A stretch of 64,000 bases of DNA from Bacteroidota bacterium. Lineage in GTDB: Bacteria > Bacteroidota > Bacteroidia > Palsa-948. Each line of letters opens with the position of its first letter. Positions within the stretch are counted from its first letter, which is position 1. Position numbers and translations under genes: made by a program. This document shows, piece by piece, positions 30,001 to 38,378 of the stretch. The notes below the pieces were generated by a model that did not search any database, had not been told where the DNA came from, and saw nothing but the letters and a program-made list of their open reading frames with translations. The stretch lies in NCBI GenBank assembly GCA_016213435.1, contig JACRAL010000028.1, forward strand, positions 2,196 through 66,195, written 5' to 3'.

Positions 30001-30166
30001 TTTCGGCATTTCCACCGGGATATTCAACCGTTACATTTACTTCCGGTGGGGTTATACTTGGAAATTGTTCTACAGGCAAACGGAACAATGTTAATATTCC
30101 AAGTAAAAATATTATCAGCGATATTACTATCGCCATAATTGGGCGATGAATTATTTTTCCTGCCAT
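27008..30166 (-). CDS. RND-family multidrug efflux permease (AcrB/HAE1-like)
   Basis: 1052 aa with 12 transmembrane helices and large periplasmic loops in an AcrB-type conservation pattern. Confidence 0.9.
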   Translation of the reverse strand: MAGKIIHRPIMAIVISLIIFLLGILTLFRLPVEQFPSITPPEVNVTVEYPGGNAETVVKTAIVPLEKAINGVAGAKYIFSDAGNDGVGLIKIIFEVGTNPDVAAMSVQNRVAEVIPQLPPDLVKSGIKITKVNNAMLTYLNIYSSDTTLDEKFLYNFTDLNVLAELKRIKGVGFIDIMGVKEYAMRIWLKPDKMLTYNISTEDVLTALDEQNVEAAPGKIGESSERKGQGQPLQYTVKYTGKFNTKEQYENIPLKSETTGKILRIKDVAEVEFGTTYFDVEAKFNGKTCAAIMLKQSPGSNASEVIAAVKAKMEELKERSFLKGMDYELSYDVSQFLDASVHEVIKTFLEAFLLVALVVFIFLQDWRSTLIPAIAVPVSLIGTFFFMQFLGFSLNLITLFALVLAIGIVVDNAIVVVEAVHAKMEHSKIGAKKATEQAMKEISGAIIAITLVMSAVFIPVAFMSGPSGIFYRQFSLTMAIAIVLSGVVALTLTPALCAIILKNHYGVTKKKNWFSKLLDGFNNWYNGLEERYKKLLEKILNRRFITFGVLLLFLIGTGILGRILPSGFIPNEDQGTFYASVITPQGATLERTKEVVNAIQKEAQNLEGIQSVSTLAGTNILSDGTGSIYGTALINLKPWSERKVSVDDVIKTLEEKTKYIKDADIEFFPPPAVPGYGNASGFEMVVLDKTGSGDQKKMESVVTQFISDLKANPKIASAYSFFNASFPQYTLRVDMDKAAQKGVTVNNAMSSLQTLLGSDYATNFIRFGQMYKVMVQALPQYRALPEDLLKLYVKNDKGEMVPMSAFMTVEKSYGVDQIDRYNLYLCAQMNGEGKQGVSSGEVLKIIKQTAKEKLPRGYDVDWLGISLDEANSGNEAIIIFIICLLFVYLLLAAQYESFLLPMPVILSLPTGIFGAFLLLSAFGLENNIYAQIAMIMLIGLLGKNAILIVEFAAQRHSQGKTPLQAAIEGAKVRLRPILMTSFAFIAGLLPLMFASGAGAVGNSTIGTAAAGGMLFGTVFGVIIIPGLYVVFATLAEKFSRNRKEEKPFSEII

Positions 30167-30177
30167 GTTTTCAATGT

Positions 30178-31329
30178 TTAAGGGTTAATAATTTGAGAAA
30201 ACATAATCGTTTCAGGCATTATATTATCGCCATCTTTTACTTTTTGTACGCCCTCATAAATAATCCTTTCATTTGGTGAAAGCCCTGAACTGATAACATA
30301 CAATTGTAGTAAACGAAGTGAAGGGGTAACTTTGCGTTGCTGCACCTTACCCTCTTTATCCACAACAAAAACATAAATATTTTCCTGAACCTCAAAAGTT
30401 GATTTCTGAGGAATAAGCATTGCGTTTTTCAATTCTGTTTTCACCAATATTTTACCACTGCTTCCGTGTTTCAAAACTTGTTCGGGATTCGGAAATTTCG
30501 CTCTGAAAGCAATGTTGCCTGTACTTTTGTCAAATTCGCTTTCGGTAGTTTCAATCAAGCCTTTGTGATTATATAAACTTCCGTTTGCCAATACCAACGA
30601 AACTTCTTTTGATTTTCCTTGCTGTTTTGAAAGAGTATAATCTAAATAATCTTTTTCAGAAACATTGAAGTATGCAAATACTTCTTTGTTATTGGAAATA
30701 ACGGTGAGCAAAGTTCCCTCTTCAACCAAACTGCCTGTTTTGTTTGGAATGCGGTTTATGATGCCGTCAAATGGGGCTTTAATTTCTGTAAAAGAAAGAT
30801 TGAGGATGGCTTGCGCCTCATCTGATTGGGCTTCTTCTACCTTTGCCTTTGCAGCATCCACTTTCGTTTCCAACATATCAAGTTCGGTTTTAGAAACAAT
30901 TTTCTTGTCCAGCAGTTTTTTTGTGTTCTCCAAATCAATTTCCGTTGATTTTAAATCAGCCAAAGCACTTTTCAACCCGGCTTTTGCCTTTAGCAAATCT
31001 TGTTCGTATTGCTTGCTGCTAATTGTGAATAGCGTTTGCCCTTGTTTCACTATTTGCCCTTCGTCCACGTAAATATTTTCTATGAATCCTTTAATACGTG
31101 TTCTTATCTCTACGTTTTGGAGCGCATTTATTTCAGCGACATATTCGTTTTGATAAGTGGTATCCATGATGAGAGGACTAATTACCTGAAACTTTTCAGG
31201 CGTTTCCTTTTTACTATCTGTTGAGCAAGCTGATAGAAATATCATAGCAGAAATGCTCAATTGCAATGCGATTTTCCTCATTGAATTGAAAGAATTTAAA
31301 ATGAAAAATGAATGATGGGCAAAACCCAA
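30178..31329 (-). CDS. RND efflux membrane fusion protein (AcrA/HlyD family)
   Basis: Lipoprotein signal, coiled-coil hairpin and beta-barrel domains; first gene of the MFP-RND-OMF operon. Confidence 0.85.
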   Translation of the reverse strand: MGFAHHSFFILNSFNSMRKIALQLSISAMIFLSACSTDSKKETPEKFQVISPLIMDTTYQNEYVAEINALQNVEIRTRIKGFIENIYVDEGQIVKQGQTLFTISSKQYEQDLLKAKAGLKSALADLKSTEIDLENTKKLLDKKIVSKTELDMLETKVDAAKAKVEEAQSDEAQAILNLSFTEIKAPFDGIINRIPNKTGSLVEEGTLLTVISNNKEVFAYFNVSEKDYLDYTLSKQQGKSKEVSLVLANGSLYNHKGLIETTESEFDKSTGNIAFRAKFPNPEQVLKHGSSGKILVKTELKNAMLIPQKSTFEVQENIYVFVVDKEGKVQQRKVTPSLRLLQLYVISSGLSPNERIIYEGVQKVKDGDNIMPETIMFSQIINP

Positions 31330-31375
31330 GCGCTGTTAAGACCTGTTAGGATCAAAACATGAATTAAAGAAAGAA

Positions 31376-31810
31376 TTAAGCCTTAGGTGGAGGGGGTACT
31401 ACATCGGAGCAAAATTGCCCAATGATTTCTTCATTTTTTATAGTATGCATTAGTTTCTTTTCAACATATGGTGCAACTATAAAAACAGTGGTTGGCTCAT
31501 TGTAAAATGAGAATATTACGTCCATATCAACAGGCGCGCCTTTGTCATCATCATCCTGTTCATCAGACTCCGGAAAAAGATTGTCTATATGAAGTATTTG
31601 TTCACAAATGATTTCGCTAATGCTTTCCATATCATTTACCGATAAATCCTCCGGGATAGAATCTAAATCTGCATCAGGAGGATCTACGCTAATATTGAAT
31701 ACATGAAGCGCAAATAAAAAGCAGAGGATTTTAGAAATAATATGTGTGCGAATAAAATTCATCGGACGTGAAGGTACTATTTTTCTTGAAAAACCTATAA
31801 TCCAATGCAA
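31376..31810 (-). CDS. Hypothetical acidic secreted protein
   Basis: ORF with a signal-peptide-like internal start (MNFIRTHIISKILCFLFALHV) and an acidic body; no homology recognised. Confidence 0.35.
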   Translation of the reverse strand: MHWIIGFSRKIVPSRPMNFIRTHIISKILCFLFALHVFNISVDPPDADLDSIPEDLSVNDMESISEIICEQILHIDNLFPESDEQDDDDKGAPVDMDVIFSFYNEPTTVFIVAPYVEKKLMHTIKNEEIIGQFCSDVVPPPPKA

Positions 31811-31969
31811 AACCCTATAAGGGGTGCGTTTTACCTATGTTTAACTTTTCAACATCTCTAAAAACCTTAAAATCAGCAAGGATTAGGGTGAATTTAAAAT
31901 AATTATGGTAATATATTTGGTCATATTAGAAAAAATGTTTTCCTTTGTCGCGGATAATAAATAATACTT

Positions 31970-33016
31970 ATGACAGCATCCGAAATACAAATTAATCCCA
32001 AAATGGTAGCCCTTGGCCGTGAATCACGCGGTCTCTCTCAAACAGACCTTTCAGGCAGGTTAAATACCACTCAGGGGTTCATCAGCCGAGTTGAAACGGA
32101 TATGAAGTCCATGTCAAAAGACACATTAGAAAGGTTGAGCAAGATTCTGAAATATCCCATTGATTTTTTCTATCAGGAAGGCGAAGCGTTTCTGCCCATG
32201 AGTTTGAACTTTCGCAAGCGCGACCATGTGAACGCAAAAGTATTGATGCCGTTTGAAGCGCAATGCAATTTATACCGCCTCAATATTGAAATGCTTTCAC
32301 AAAAATTAAAATTCCCTGCGCTGAATATTCCTGACTTGGATGTAAAAAAAATTGGCTCGGAAGAACAAGTTGCAAAACAGCTTCGCAAGTTTTGGAAAAT
32401 TCCAAAAGGACAAATTGAAAATTTCACTGAACTTTTAGAAGCAAATGGAATCATCATTATTTCATTTGACTTCGGAACAGAACGAATTGATAGCAGAACA
32501 ATTCTTACAAAGGACAAGCATCCAATTATAGTTGTAAATAAAAATCACCTTGCGGACAGACAGCGTTTCAGTTTGGCGCACGAGCTTGGGCATTTAGTGA
32601 TGCACTCACATACGCTTCCTTCGCATGACAGAGATATTTCACACGAGGCAAATATGTTTGCCGCAGGTTTCCTTTTGCCTGAAAGCGAAGTGAGAAAAGA
32701 TTTTGAGAAAGGAATTACCATTGCTTTGCTTGCTGAACTAAAAAAGAAATGGAAAGTTTCAATGATTGCGCTTTTATACCGCGCATTTGACTTGGGATTT
32801 TTTACTGAGAATCAAAAAAAATATATGCTTGCTCAGTTCAATCAAATGAATATACGCAGGCGCGAGCCGATTGAATTGGATTTTCCGAAAGAGAAACCGC
32901 ATTTGCTCCGCGACCTGATTACAAAATATAAAAACGCTCATAAATTTTCAGCAAAAGAGTTAGCAGCGAGCTTTCATCTCGAACTGGAGGAGTTTATGAG
33001 CAAATATGGAGAGTAA
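31970..33016 (+). CDS. XRE-family HTH regulator fused to ImmA/IrrE-family zinc metallopeptidase
   Basis: N-terminal HTH_XRE ('LSQTDLSGRLNTTQGFISRVE'); a 'HELGHLVMH' HEXXH motif sits in a COG2856-like domain. Confidence 0.8.
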   Translation: MTASEIQINPKMVALGRESRGLSQTDLSGRLNTTQGFISRVETDMKSMSKDTLERLSKILKYPIDFFYQEGEAFLPMSLNFRKRDHVNAKVLMPFEAQCNLYRLNIEMLSQKLKFPALNIPDLDVKKIGSEEQVAKQLRKFWKIPKGQIENFTELLEANGIIIISFDFGTERIDSRTILTKDKHPIIVVNKNHLADRQRFSLAHELGHLVMHSHTLPSHDRDISHEANMFAAGFLLPESEVRKDFEKGITIALLAELKKKWKVSMIALLYRAFDLGFFTENQKKYMLAQFNQMNIRRREPIELDFPKEKPHLLRDLITKYKNAHKFSAKELAASFHLELEEFMSKYGE

Positions 33017-33154
33017 AATATCGTGAAATGATTCCGGGACGATTGAAAATATTTTGCATTGACTGTGGAGAAGCATGGAAAAGCATGGAGAAGCGCGGGG
33101 AGATTCCGGGAAGGATTCTGATTAAAACATTTATTTACCGATAAAACATTTGCT

Positions 33155-33730
33155 ATGAAAAAACAAAAGAAAAATTCCTCAGAAATTTATTTAACACGAG
33201 AGATTATGATGAGGGAAATAATCTCAAAACTACTCGATACAGATTTACTTTCAGGAGAAGTAGAAAACAAGGTACTGAAAGAATACCTGATTTATGGAAA
33301 AACATACAAAGAAATCGCGCCTCTGTTCAAGCTCACGCATTTCAGGGTAAAACAGATAGTGAATAATGCTTTTGCAATAATAAAATCGAGATTATCTCGC
33401 CATGAAAATATTTTTTCCACGCTGAAAAAACAGCAGACTGAAATAGAAGAATTAAAAAGCAGCATTGCTGAAAAAGAGGAAACGGAAAATCAATTCAATT
33501 CTCTGCCGGAAGAAACGCAGAAACTTTTATCAGAAAAAATAGAAACGCTCCCTTTGGATGTGCGAATCATAAATTCCTGTATTAAGAACCATGATATTTT
33601 CTTTTTGCGGGATTTGGTAAAACTGACCAGACGCAAATTTGCCGGGATGCGAAACATAGGAAAGAAATCCATAAATGAAATGGATGAATTCCTAAACTCT
33701 AAAAGATTGACATGGGAAATGAATGTTTAA
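33155..33730 (+). CDS. Hypothetical protein with sigma-70 region-4-like HTH and RNA-polymerase alpha-CTD-like helix-hairpin-helix domain
   Basis: 'LKEYLIYGKTYKEIAPLFKLTHFRVKQIVNNA' resembles sigma region 4. The C-terminal 'LPLDVRIINSCIKNHDIFFLRDLVKLTRRKFAGMRNIGKKSINEMDEFL' matches the RpoA alpha-CTD consensus. Confidence 0.5.
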   Translation: MKKQKKNSSEIYLTREIMMREIISKLLDTDLLSGEVENKVLKEYLIYGKTYKEIAPLFKLTHFRVKQIVNNAFAIIKSRLSRHENIFSTLKKQQTEIEELKSSIAEKEETENQFNSLPEETQKLLSEKIETLPLDVRIINSCIKNHDIFFLRDLVKLTRRKFAGMRNIGKKSINEMDEFLNSKRLTWEMNV

Positions 33731-33780
33731 TCCCAAAACTTATCTATGAAAAAATACAATTTATTTAATATATAATTCAG

Positions 33781-34017
33781 ATGACAACAGTACGAAAACT
33801 TGAGTTGAAGCCGTATTCAGTAACAGACCTTGCTAAGATTTACGGAGTATGCAACCGCACCTTCAAAAAATGGGTGAAAGACATAAAGGAAGTGGGTCCG
33901 AAGAAGGGGCGATATTATTCCATTCCTCAAGTAAAAATTATTTTTGAAAACATGAAAGTCCCTACTCAAATCATTATTGAGACGGGGACACAGAAATCGG
34001 AATTGGATTTAGTTTAA
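33781..34017 (+). CDS. Small HTH-like protein, paralog 1 (DUF4248-like; Xis/MerR-type HTH?)
   Basis: 78 aa with 'LELKPYSVTDLAKIYGVCNRTFKKWVK...GRYYSIPQVKIIFE', shared with two downstream paralogs. Confidence 0.55.
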   Translation: MTTVRKLELKPYSVTDLAKIYGVCNRTFKKWVKDIKEVGPKKGRYYSIPQVKIIFENMKVPTQIIIETGTQKSELDLV

Positions 34018-34065
34018 CATCATCTTCTTCCTGCCCTAATCCGATAGTTTTTATTTTTCTTCTTT

Positions 34066-34092
34066 AAGCAGAGAGGCTTCTCTGCTTTTTTA
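34066..34092 (+). terminator. Rho-independent terminator (AAGCAGAGAGGCTTCTCTGCTTTTTT)
   Basis: 9-bp perfect stem plus T6; downstream of paralog 1. Confidence 0.6.
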
Positions 34093-34305
34093 TTACCCGA
34101 ATTTTTCTTCAAAAAAATTTCTTGCCGTAAAACCGGACAAGAACGGAAATTGTTTTGCACGAAGTGGAATAATTCGGCACGAACGGACACAAACTTACAT
34201 AAACCTACATAAACGGAAACTGCCCGGAATCCGACACGCGACCTTTACAAAAAATCAGGGAGAAATCCCTAATGCAAAGGGAAACTAATCATAAAATAAA
34301 TTAAA

Positions 34306-35076
34306 ATGGAAAACACAAATCAACACAGGGCTGAAAAACAGAACATGATTCTGAGACCCTGCACAGTAAAAGAACTCTCGGCATTTTACCGGGTTTCAAA
34401 AACCACAATTAGAAAATGGCTTGAACGCTACAAGGAAGAAATTGGTGAGCGCACCGGACATTTCTATATGATTGAACAAGTAAAAATCATTTTTGAAAAA
34501 TTCGGTGTTCCGTCAGGAAAACAAATAGTATTTCCAAAACCCGAAACTTTTACCGATGAAGTTTCTGAATTTACAGAGGCAGCATGGGATTTTGCTTGCG
34601 CGTTATTATGGAAAGACAAAATCTTCTGCACGGAAGAAATTGCACTAAGCAAAAATCACCTGCGGGAATTTTTTACCATTCCCAACAAGAGCGGAAATCC
34701 AATCTCTCTGTCCAAACGCCTTTCCGTATTCTGCCAGCGAATCACGCTCACGCGAATGTTCCTTGATTATAAACCTCAGCGTTTCATTCCCTCCCCCGCA
34801 CTTTGGCTTGACCGAAATTACAAATACGGATTTGCCGGAACGCTCAAATGGTTCAAATGGATTAGCGAAGAAAGAAAAGAGAATCCCTATGTGCGCGAAG
34901 AACTCCGTGTGCTTGCCGATTTATACTGCGAGTATATCAAAACAAAATCTGCTGCCGAAGTAATGAATAAGGCAGGAGATTATTTCCTGAAGAAAAATTT
35001 CATGCACCTATTCAGAATTTTTTCCGATTGCATTTCTCATATCGGCAACAAAACTAACTATCAACTCGCTGCATAA
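34306..35076 (+). CDS. HTH-like paralog 2 with ~170-aa C-terminal extension
   Basis: N-terminus 'ILRPCTVKELSAFYRVSKTTIRKWLERYKEEIGERTGHFYMIEQVKIIFEKFGVP' is paralogous to 33781 and 35119. Confidence 0.55.
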   Translation: MENTNQHRAEKQNMILRPCTVKELSAFYRVSKTTIRKWLERYKEEIGERTGHFYMIEQVKIIFEKFGVPSGKQIVFPKPETFTDEVSEFTEAAWDFACALLWKDKIFCTEEIALSKNHLREFFTIPNKSGNPISLSKRLSVFCQRITLTRMFLDYKPQRFIPSPALWLDRNYKYGFAGTLKWFKWISEERKENPYVREELRVLADLYCEYIKTKSAAEVMNKAGDYFLKKNFMHLFRIFSDCISHIGNKTNYQLAA

Positions 35077-35118
35077 AATTAATTTTTCAAATAAAGAAAG
35101 ATAATTCACTATAAATAT

Positions 35119-35373
35119 TTGACTATGAAAAACGAACAAGCAAACGAAAAAAAGTCAACAGTAAGGTTGGAACTTAAACCGTATACACCCTTGCAACTAT
35201 CGAAAATTTACGGAGTGAGCAAAGTAACATTCCTTAAATGGATAAAGGAGCTAAAGCAAGAACTCGGAAAGCGCAACGGACATTATTATTCCATTCCGCA
35301 AGTGAAAATAATCTTTTCAGAATTCCTGTTGCCTTCTTACATCGAAATTGAAACGGACATAATCGTAAAATGA
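35119..35373 (+). CDS. Small HTH-like protein, paralog 3
   Basis: 'LELKPYTPLQLSKIYGVSKVTFLKWIKELKQELGKRNGHYYSIPQVKIIFSEF'. Confidence 0.55.
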   Translation: MTMKNEQANEKKSTVRLELKPYTPLQLSKIYGVSKVTFLKWIKELKQELGKRNGHYYSIPQVKIIFSEFLLPSYIEIETDIIVK

Positions 35374-35476
35374 TTTACACAATCGTAAAGAGTTTGGCAA
35401 AATCGTTTAGGGTCGTTTAAAATCGTAAACCCCTCCGAAAATACAGTCAGACCTTTGTAAAAAATCCGGAAGGAAT

Positions 35477-35671
35477 ATGCAACAAGATACACATACATCA
35501 AACAGCACTTCTTCGGTGGTTCTCACCGGAGCCATCCTGTTCGCAAACCTTGACGCTTCAGGGCTTGCAGAATACGCGGTGAAAGCCGCCATCGGTGGAG
35601 CGATATGGCTTGTGTTCAAAATCACGAGCGATTATGTAAGCGAAAGAATTAAAAACAAAAAAGAGAAATGA
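35477..35671 (+). CDS. Small membrane protein
   Basis: 64 aa with one hydrophobic helix; overlaps the next ORF by 4 nt. Confidence 0.35.
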   Translation: MQQDTHTSNSTSSVVLTGAILFANLDASGLAEYAVKAAIGGAIWLVFKITSDYVSERIKNKKEK

Positions 35672-36147
35672 GCCTAAAAAAAATACTTGTCGGTTCTGCC
35701 ATTGGCGGAGGAATAATCGCAGGGGTTACATATTTCTTTCGATTAAAAAGAACGAGCGTGGAGCTTGAATCTTATGCGAAGGTGAACATTTTCAAACTTG
35801 ATTTAAGCGGATTGGTTTTGCAGGTGGACGTGCAACTGAAAAATCCAACTCGCACAAAATTCAAAATAAAGTTCCCCTTCATCAAACTCATTTATAAAGA
35901 TGCGACCATCGGAAGCTCTCAGGTTGTGGACAAGGACATCACGATTCCCGCCTACGGAGAAGCAGTCGCAGAAAAAATAATGATAACGATTCCACCGCGA
36001 AATATTTTTTCGGTGAGCGCAGGGCTGATAAAATCCCTTTTGGCAGGTGAACAAGTGAAGCTGAATTCAAAAACAATCTCAACGATTGATTTGGGCTGGA
36101 AAAAACTCCCCTACGAAAAAACAGAAGAAGTAACCCTGAAAAACTAA
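35668..36147 (+). CDS. TM-anchored LEA_2/WHy-like (Hin1-type) beta-sandwich protein
   Basis: N-terminal transmembrane helix, then a 'VDVQLKNPTRTKFKIKFPFIKLIYKDATIGSSQV...IPAYGE' pattern typical of LEA14/WHy domains. Confidence 0.4.
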   Translation: MSLKKILVGSAIGGGIIAGVTYFFRLKRTSVELESYAKVNIFKLDLSGLVLQVDVQLKNPTRTKFKIKFPFIKLIYKDATIGSSQVVDKDITIPAYGEAVAEKIMITIPPRNIFSVSAGLIKSLLAGEQVKLNSKTISTIDLGWKKLPYEKTEEVTLKN

Positions 36148-37655
36148 TGGAAGCATTAAAACATAGAAAAATAAAAAGCGGAGCGCAGTACGAACACCTG
36201 TTTCCTTCAGCGAACCTGAAAGACGAAACTGTTAAGAAGGGCGCTTCTGTTTACGATACGGTGAAGTTCATTCCAAAAGTAGTAAGGGAAACTCTGCCGC
36301 AGACCGAAGGAATTTCAAAAATGCTTCGCGGAAATACCTTGAGCGAAACCTGCAAGAATATTTGGGATTTTGTTTACCATCATATCAACTACAACAAAGA
36401 CGAAGATGGAACAGAGCAAATCCGTTCACCTGCCCGGACGTGGCATGACCGTTCGCGTGGAGTGGACTGCGATTGCTACACGGTATTCATCAGCAGCATT
36501 CTTTCAAATCTGAAAATACCGCACACGCTTCGCATAGCAAAATACCGGAAAGATTATTTCCAGCACATCTATCCGATAGTCCACAAAACCAACGGCAAGT
36601 ACATCACGATTGATTGCGTGGTGGACTATTTCAACTACGAAGAACCATATACAGAAATAAAAGACAAAACAATGGATTTACAATACCTAAGCGGAATAGA
36701 AAATTCCGAATCAGAATTCGGAAACTCCGAAGATGAATCTCTCGGAAAAAAGAAAGGCAAAGGAAAGTTGAAAGACCTTCTGAAGAAAGGACTTCACATC
36801 GCCAACCGCGCGAATCCTGCCACGCTTCTTCTTCGCAACGGGCTTCTCGCCTCCATGAAGCTCAATATTATGAAAGTCGGGCAACGGCTGAAGTATGCTT
36901 ACATGAGCGATGAGCAGGCAAAGCAGAAGGGAGTTGATACGGCAAAATTCCAACACCTGAAAACAATCAAAGACAAACTCGAAAAGATTTTTTACGGAGC
37001 GGGAGGAAAACCTGAAAACCTGAAGAAAGCAATTCTAACAGGAAAGGGAAATAAAAAAGGCAAGCACGATGTAGACGGGCTTGGAGATTTTGAATATGAC
37101 ACGAATCTCGGAGACATGAACGAAGCAACTCCGCTTCCTCAACTGCTAGGAGATGAAATGTATCGTTCTGAAAATGCAGAAACGCTCGGTGCGCTCGGAG
37201 AACCAGTAACGGCAGCATCCATCACGGCAGCCACAGGCGCGATTGCGAGCATCGCGGCTCTTTTGAAAAAGATTGGAAATATTTTTCCGAAGAATGATAA
37301 AGAAGACGAAAGTGCAAAAGATTTTCAAACTACGGATAAGGACACAGACCCAAATAATGTTCAAAAGGAAATCGAGCAAAACAAAGATGAAATAGTAAAG
37401 ATGGACGCATCCACAAAAAAAGTGGACACATCAACCGATGATTCATCGGGAAGCGGAGATGATTCCACCAAGCAGGGATTTTGGGACAAGAATAAAAAAT
37501 GGATAAAGCCAACTGCAATCGGAGTAACAGGTTTGGGCTTGCTTTATCTCGGCTATCGCGCAATCACAGGACACAAAGAAGAAAACCATCCAAAGCAGTT
37601 ATCAGGAACGAAAAATAAAAAGCATCCCAAAAAAGAACCTGTGGCTTTGATGTAA
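36147..37655 (+). CDS. Transglutaminase-like cysteine-protease-domain protein with long disordered K/D/G-rich region and C-terminal TM helix
   Basis: TGase-core triad pattern: 'RSRGVDCDCYTVF' (Cys), 'YFQHIYPIV' (His), 'YITIDCV' (Asp). The central 250 aa are low-complexity, and there is a C-terminal hydrophobic helix. Confidence 0.55.
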   Translation: MEALKHRKIKSGAQYEHLFPSANLKDETVKKGASVYDTVKFIPKVVRETLPQTEGISKMLRGNTLSETCKNIWDFVYHHINYNKDEDGTEQIRSPARTWHDRSRGVDCDCYTVFISSILSNLKIPHTLRIAKYRKDYFQHIYPIVHKTNGKYITIDCVVDYFNYEEPYTEIKDKTMDLQYLSGIENSESEFGNSEDESLGKKKGKGKLKDLLKKGLHIANRANPATLLLRNGLLASMKLNIMKVGQRLKYAYMSDEQAKQKGVDTAKFQHLKTIKDKLEKIFYGAGGKPENLKKAILTGKGNKKGKHDVDGLGDFEYDTNLGDMNEATPLPQLLGDEMYRSENAETLGALGEPVTAASITAATGAIASIAALLKKIGNIFPKNDKEDESAKDFQTTDKDTDPNNVQKEIEQNKDEIVKMDASTKKVDTSTDDSSGSGDDSTKQGFWDKNKKWIKPTAIGVTGLGLLYLGYRAITGHKEENHPKQLSGTKNKKHPKKEPVALM

Positions 37656-37695
37656 AAAGAAAAAACAATTCACTAACAATTAAAAACAAAAAACA

Positions 37696-38331
37696 ATGAG
37701 CAAAAATTCTTACGAAAGAGCCGCACAGAAAAAATCCCTGCTTGGTGAAATCACCAAAGACCTGGAGACAAAAGGGGATTTGAAAAATACTGCGATAGAG
37801 ACATTGAAAGATGTCGTGATAGGAGTAGTCGCAGGAGGCGTAGCCGGTTCCGCCATCGGGCGCGCTTCACTTCTGATTGGAGCGGCAGTAACAGGTCTTG
37901 GACATTATTACAAAAGCCGTCTCGCTTCCATTTTCGGAGTGGGCATGATGGCAGCGAACGGTTTTCAGCAAACCGACACGCAGATGAAAGGAACTCCGAA
38001 AGACGGATTGGAAGGCGCACTCGAAGGAGCTAAAGAGCGCGTGATGAATTTCAAAGACACTTTCGGTCAGAAACTTTTCCTCGACAAAGTTTTGAAAAGC
38101 AAAGAGCAAAAGAAAGAGGAAGAATCCACCAAAGGAGTTGGCGATGTTCAGTATTTCACTTATCCCGAAAACAAAGAACTCGGAGAAGGCAAGGAACAAC
38201 TTGACCTCACCGCGCTTGACAAACTGGAAAAGCAAGTTGCCGAAAGCGGAGCATCTTTTTCACAGAAAGGAACAGGAAATCTTCCCGCGAACGAAATGGG
38301 AGAGATTGACCCAAGCGAACAAAATTTTTAA
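37696..38331 (+). CDS. Hypothetical protein with glycine-zipper TM segment
   Basis: 'VVIGVVAGGVAGSAIGRASLLIGAAVTGLG' and an acidic C-terminus. Confidence 0.4.
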   Translation: MSKNSYERAAQKKSLLGEITKDLETKGDLKNTAIETLKDVVIGVVAGGVAGSAIGRASLLIGAAVTGLGHYYKSRLASIFGVGMMAANGFQQTDTQMKGTPKDGLEGALEGAKERVMNFKDTFGQKLFLDKVLKSKEQKKEEESTKGVGDVQYFTYPENKELGEGKEQLDLTALDKLEKQVAESGASFSQKGTGNLPANEMGEIDPSEQNF

Positions 38332-38378
38332 AACGAAAATCAAAAACAATTATCACTAACAATTAAAACCCAAAAACC

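Noticed and set aside
31906-31919. TATATTTG (-7-like) motif upstream of the XRE/ImmA gene as a promoter
   Set aside because: No TTG(-33) partner at the expected 19-21-bp spacing, so it is too weak to list as a feature.
31801-31969. Searched for a direct repeat of the tRNA-Ser 3' end (ggattcgaacccac...) as an attL partner near the island's left edge
   Set aside because: No copy was seen here or in 23453-24218. This is consistent with serine-recombinase elements, which do not generate long att duplications, so the left boundary remains undefined.
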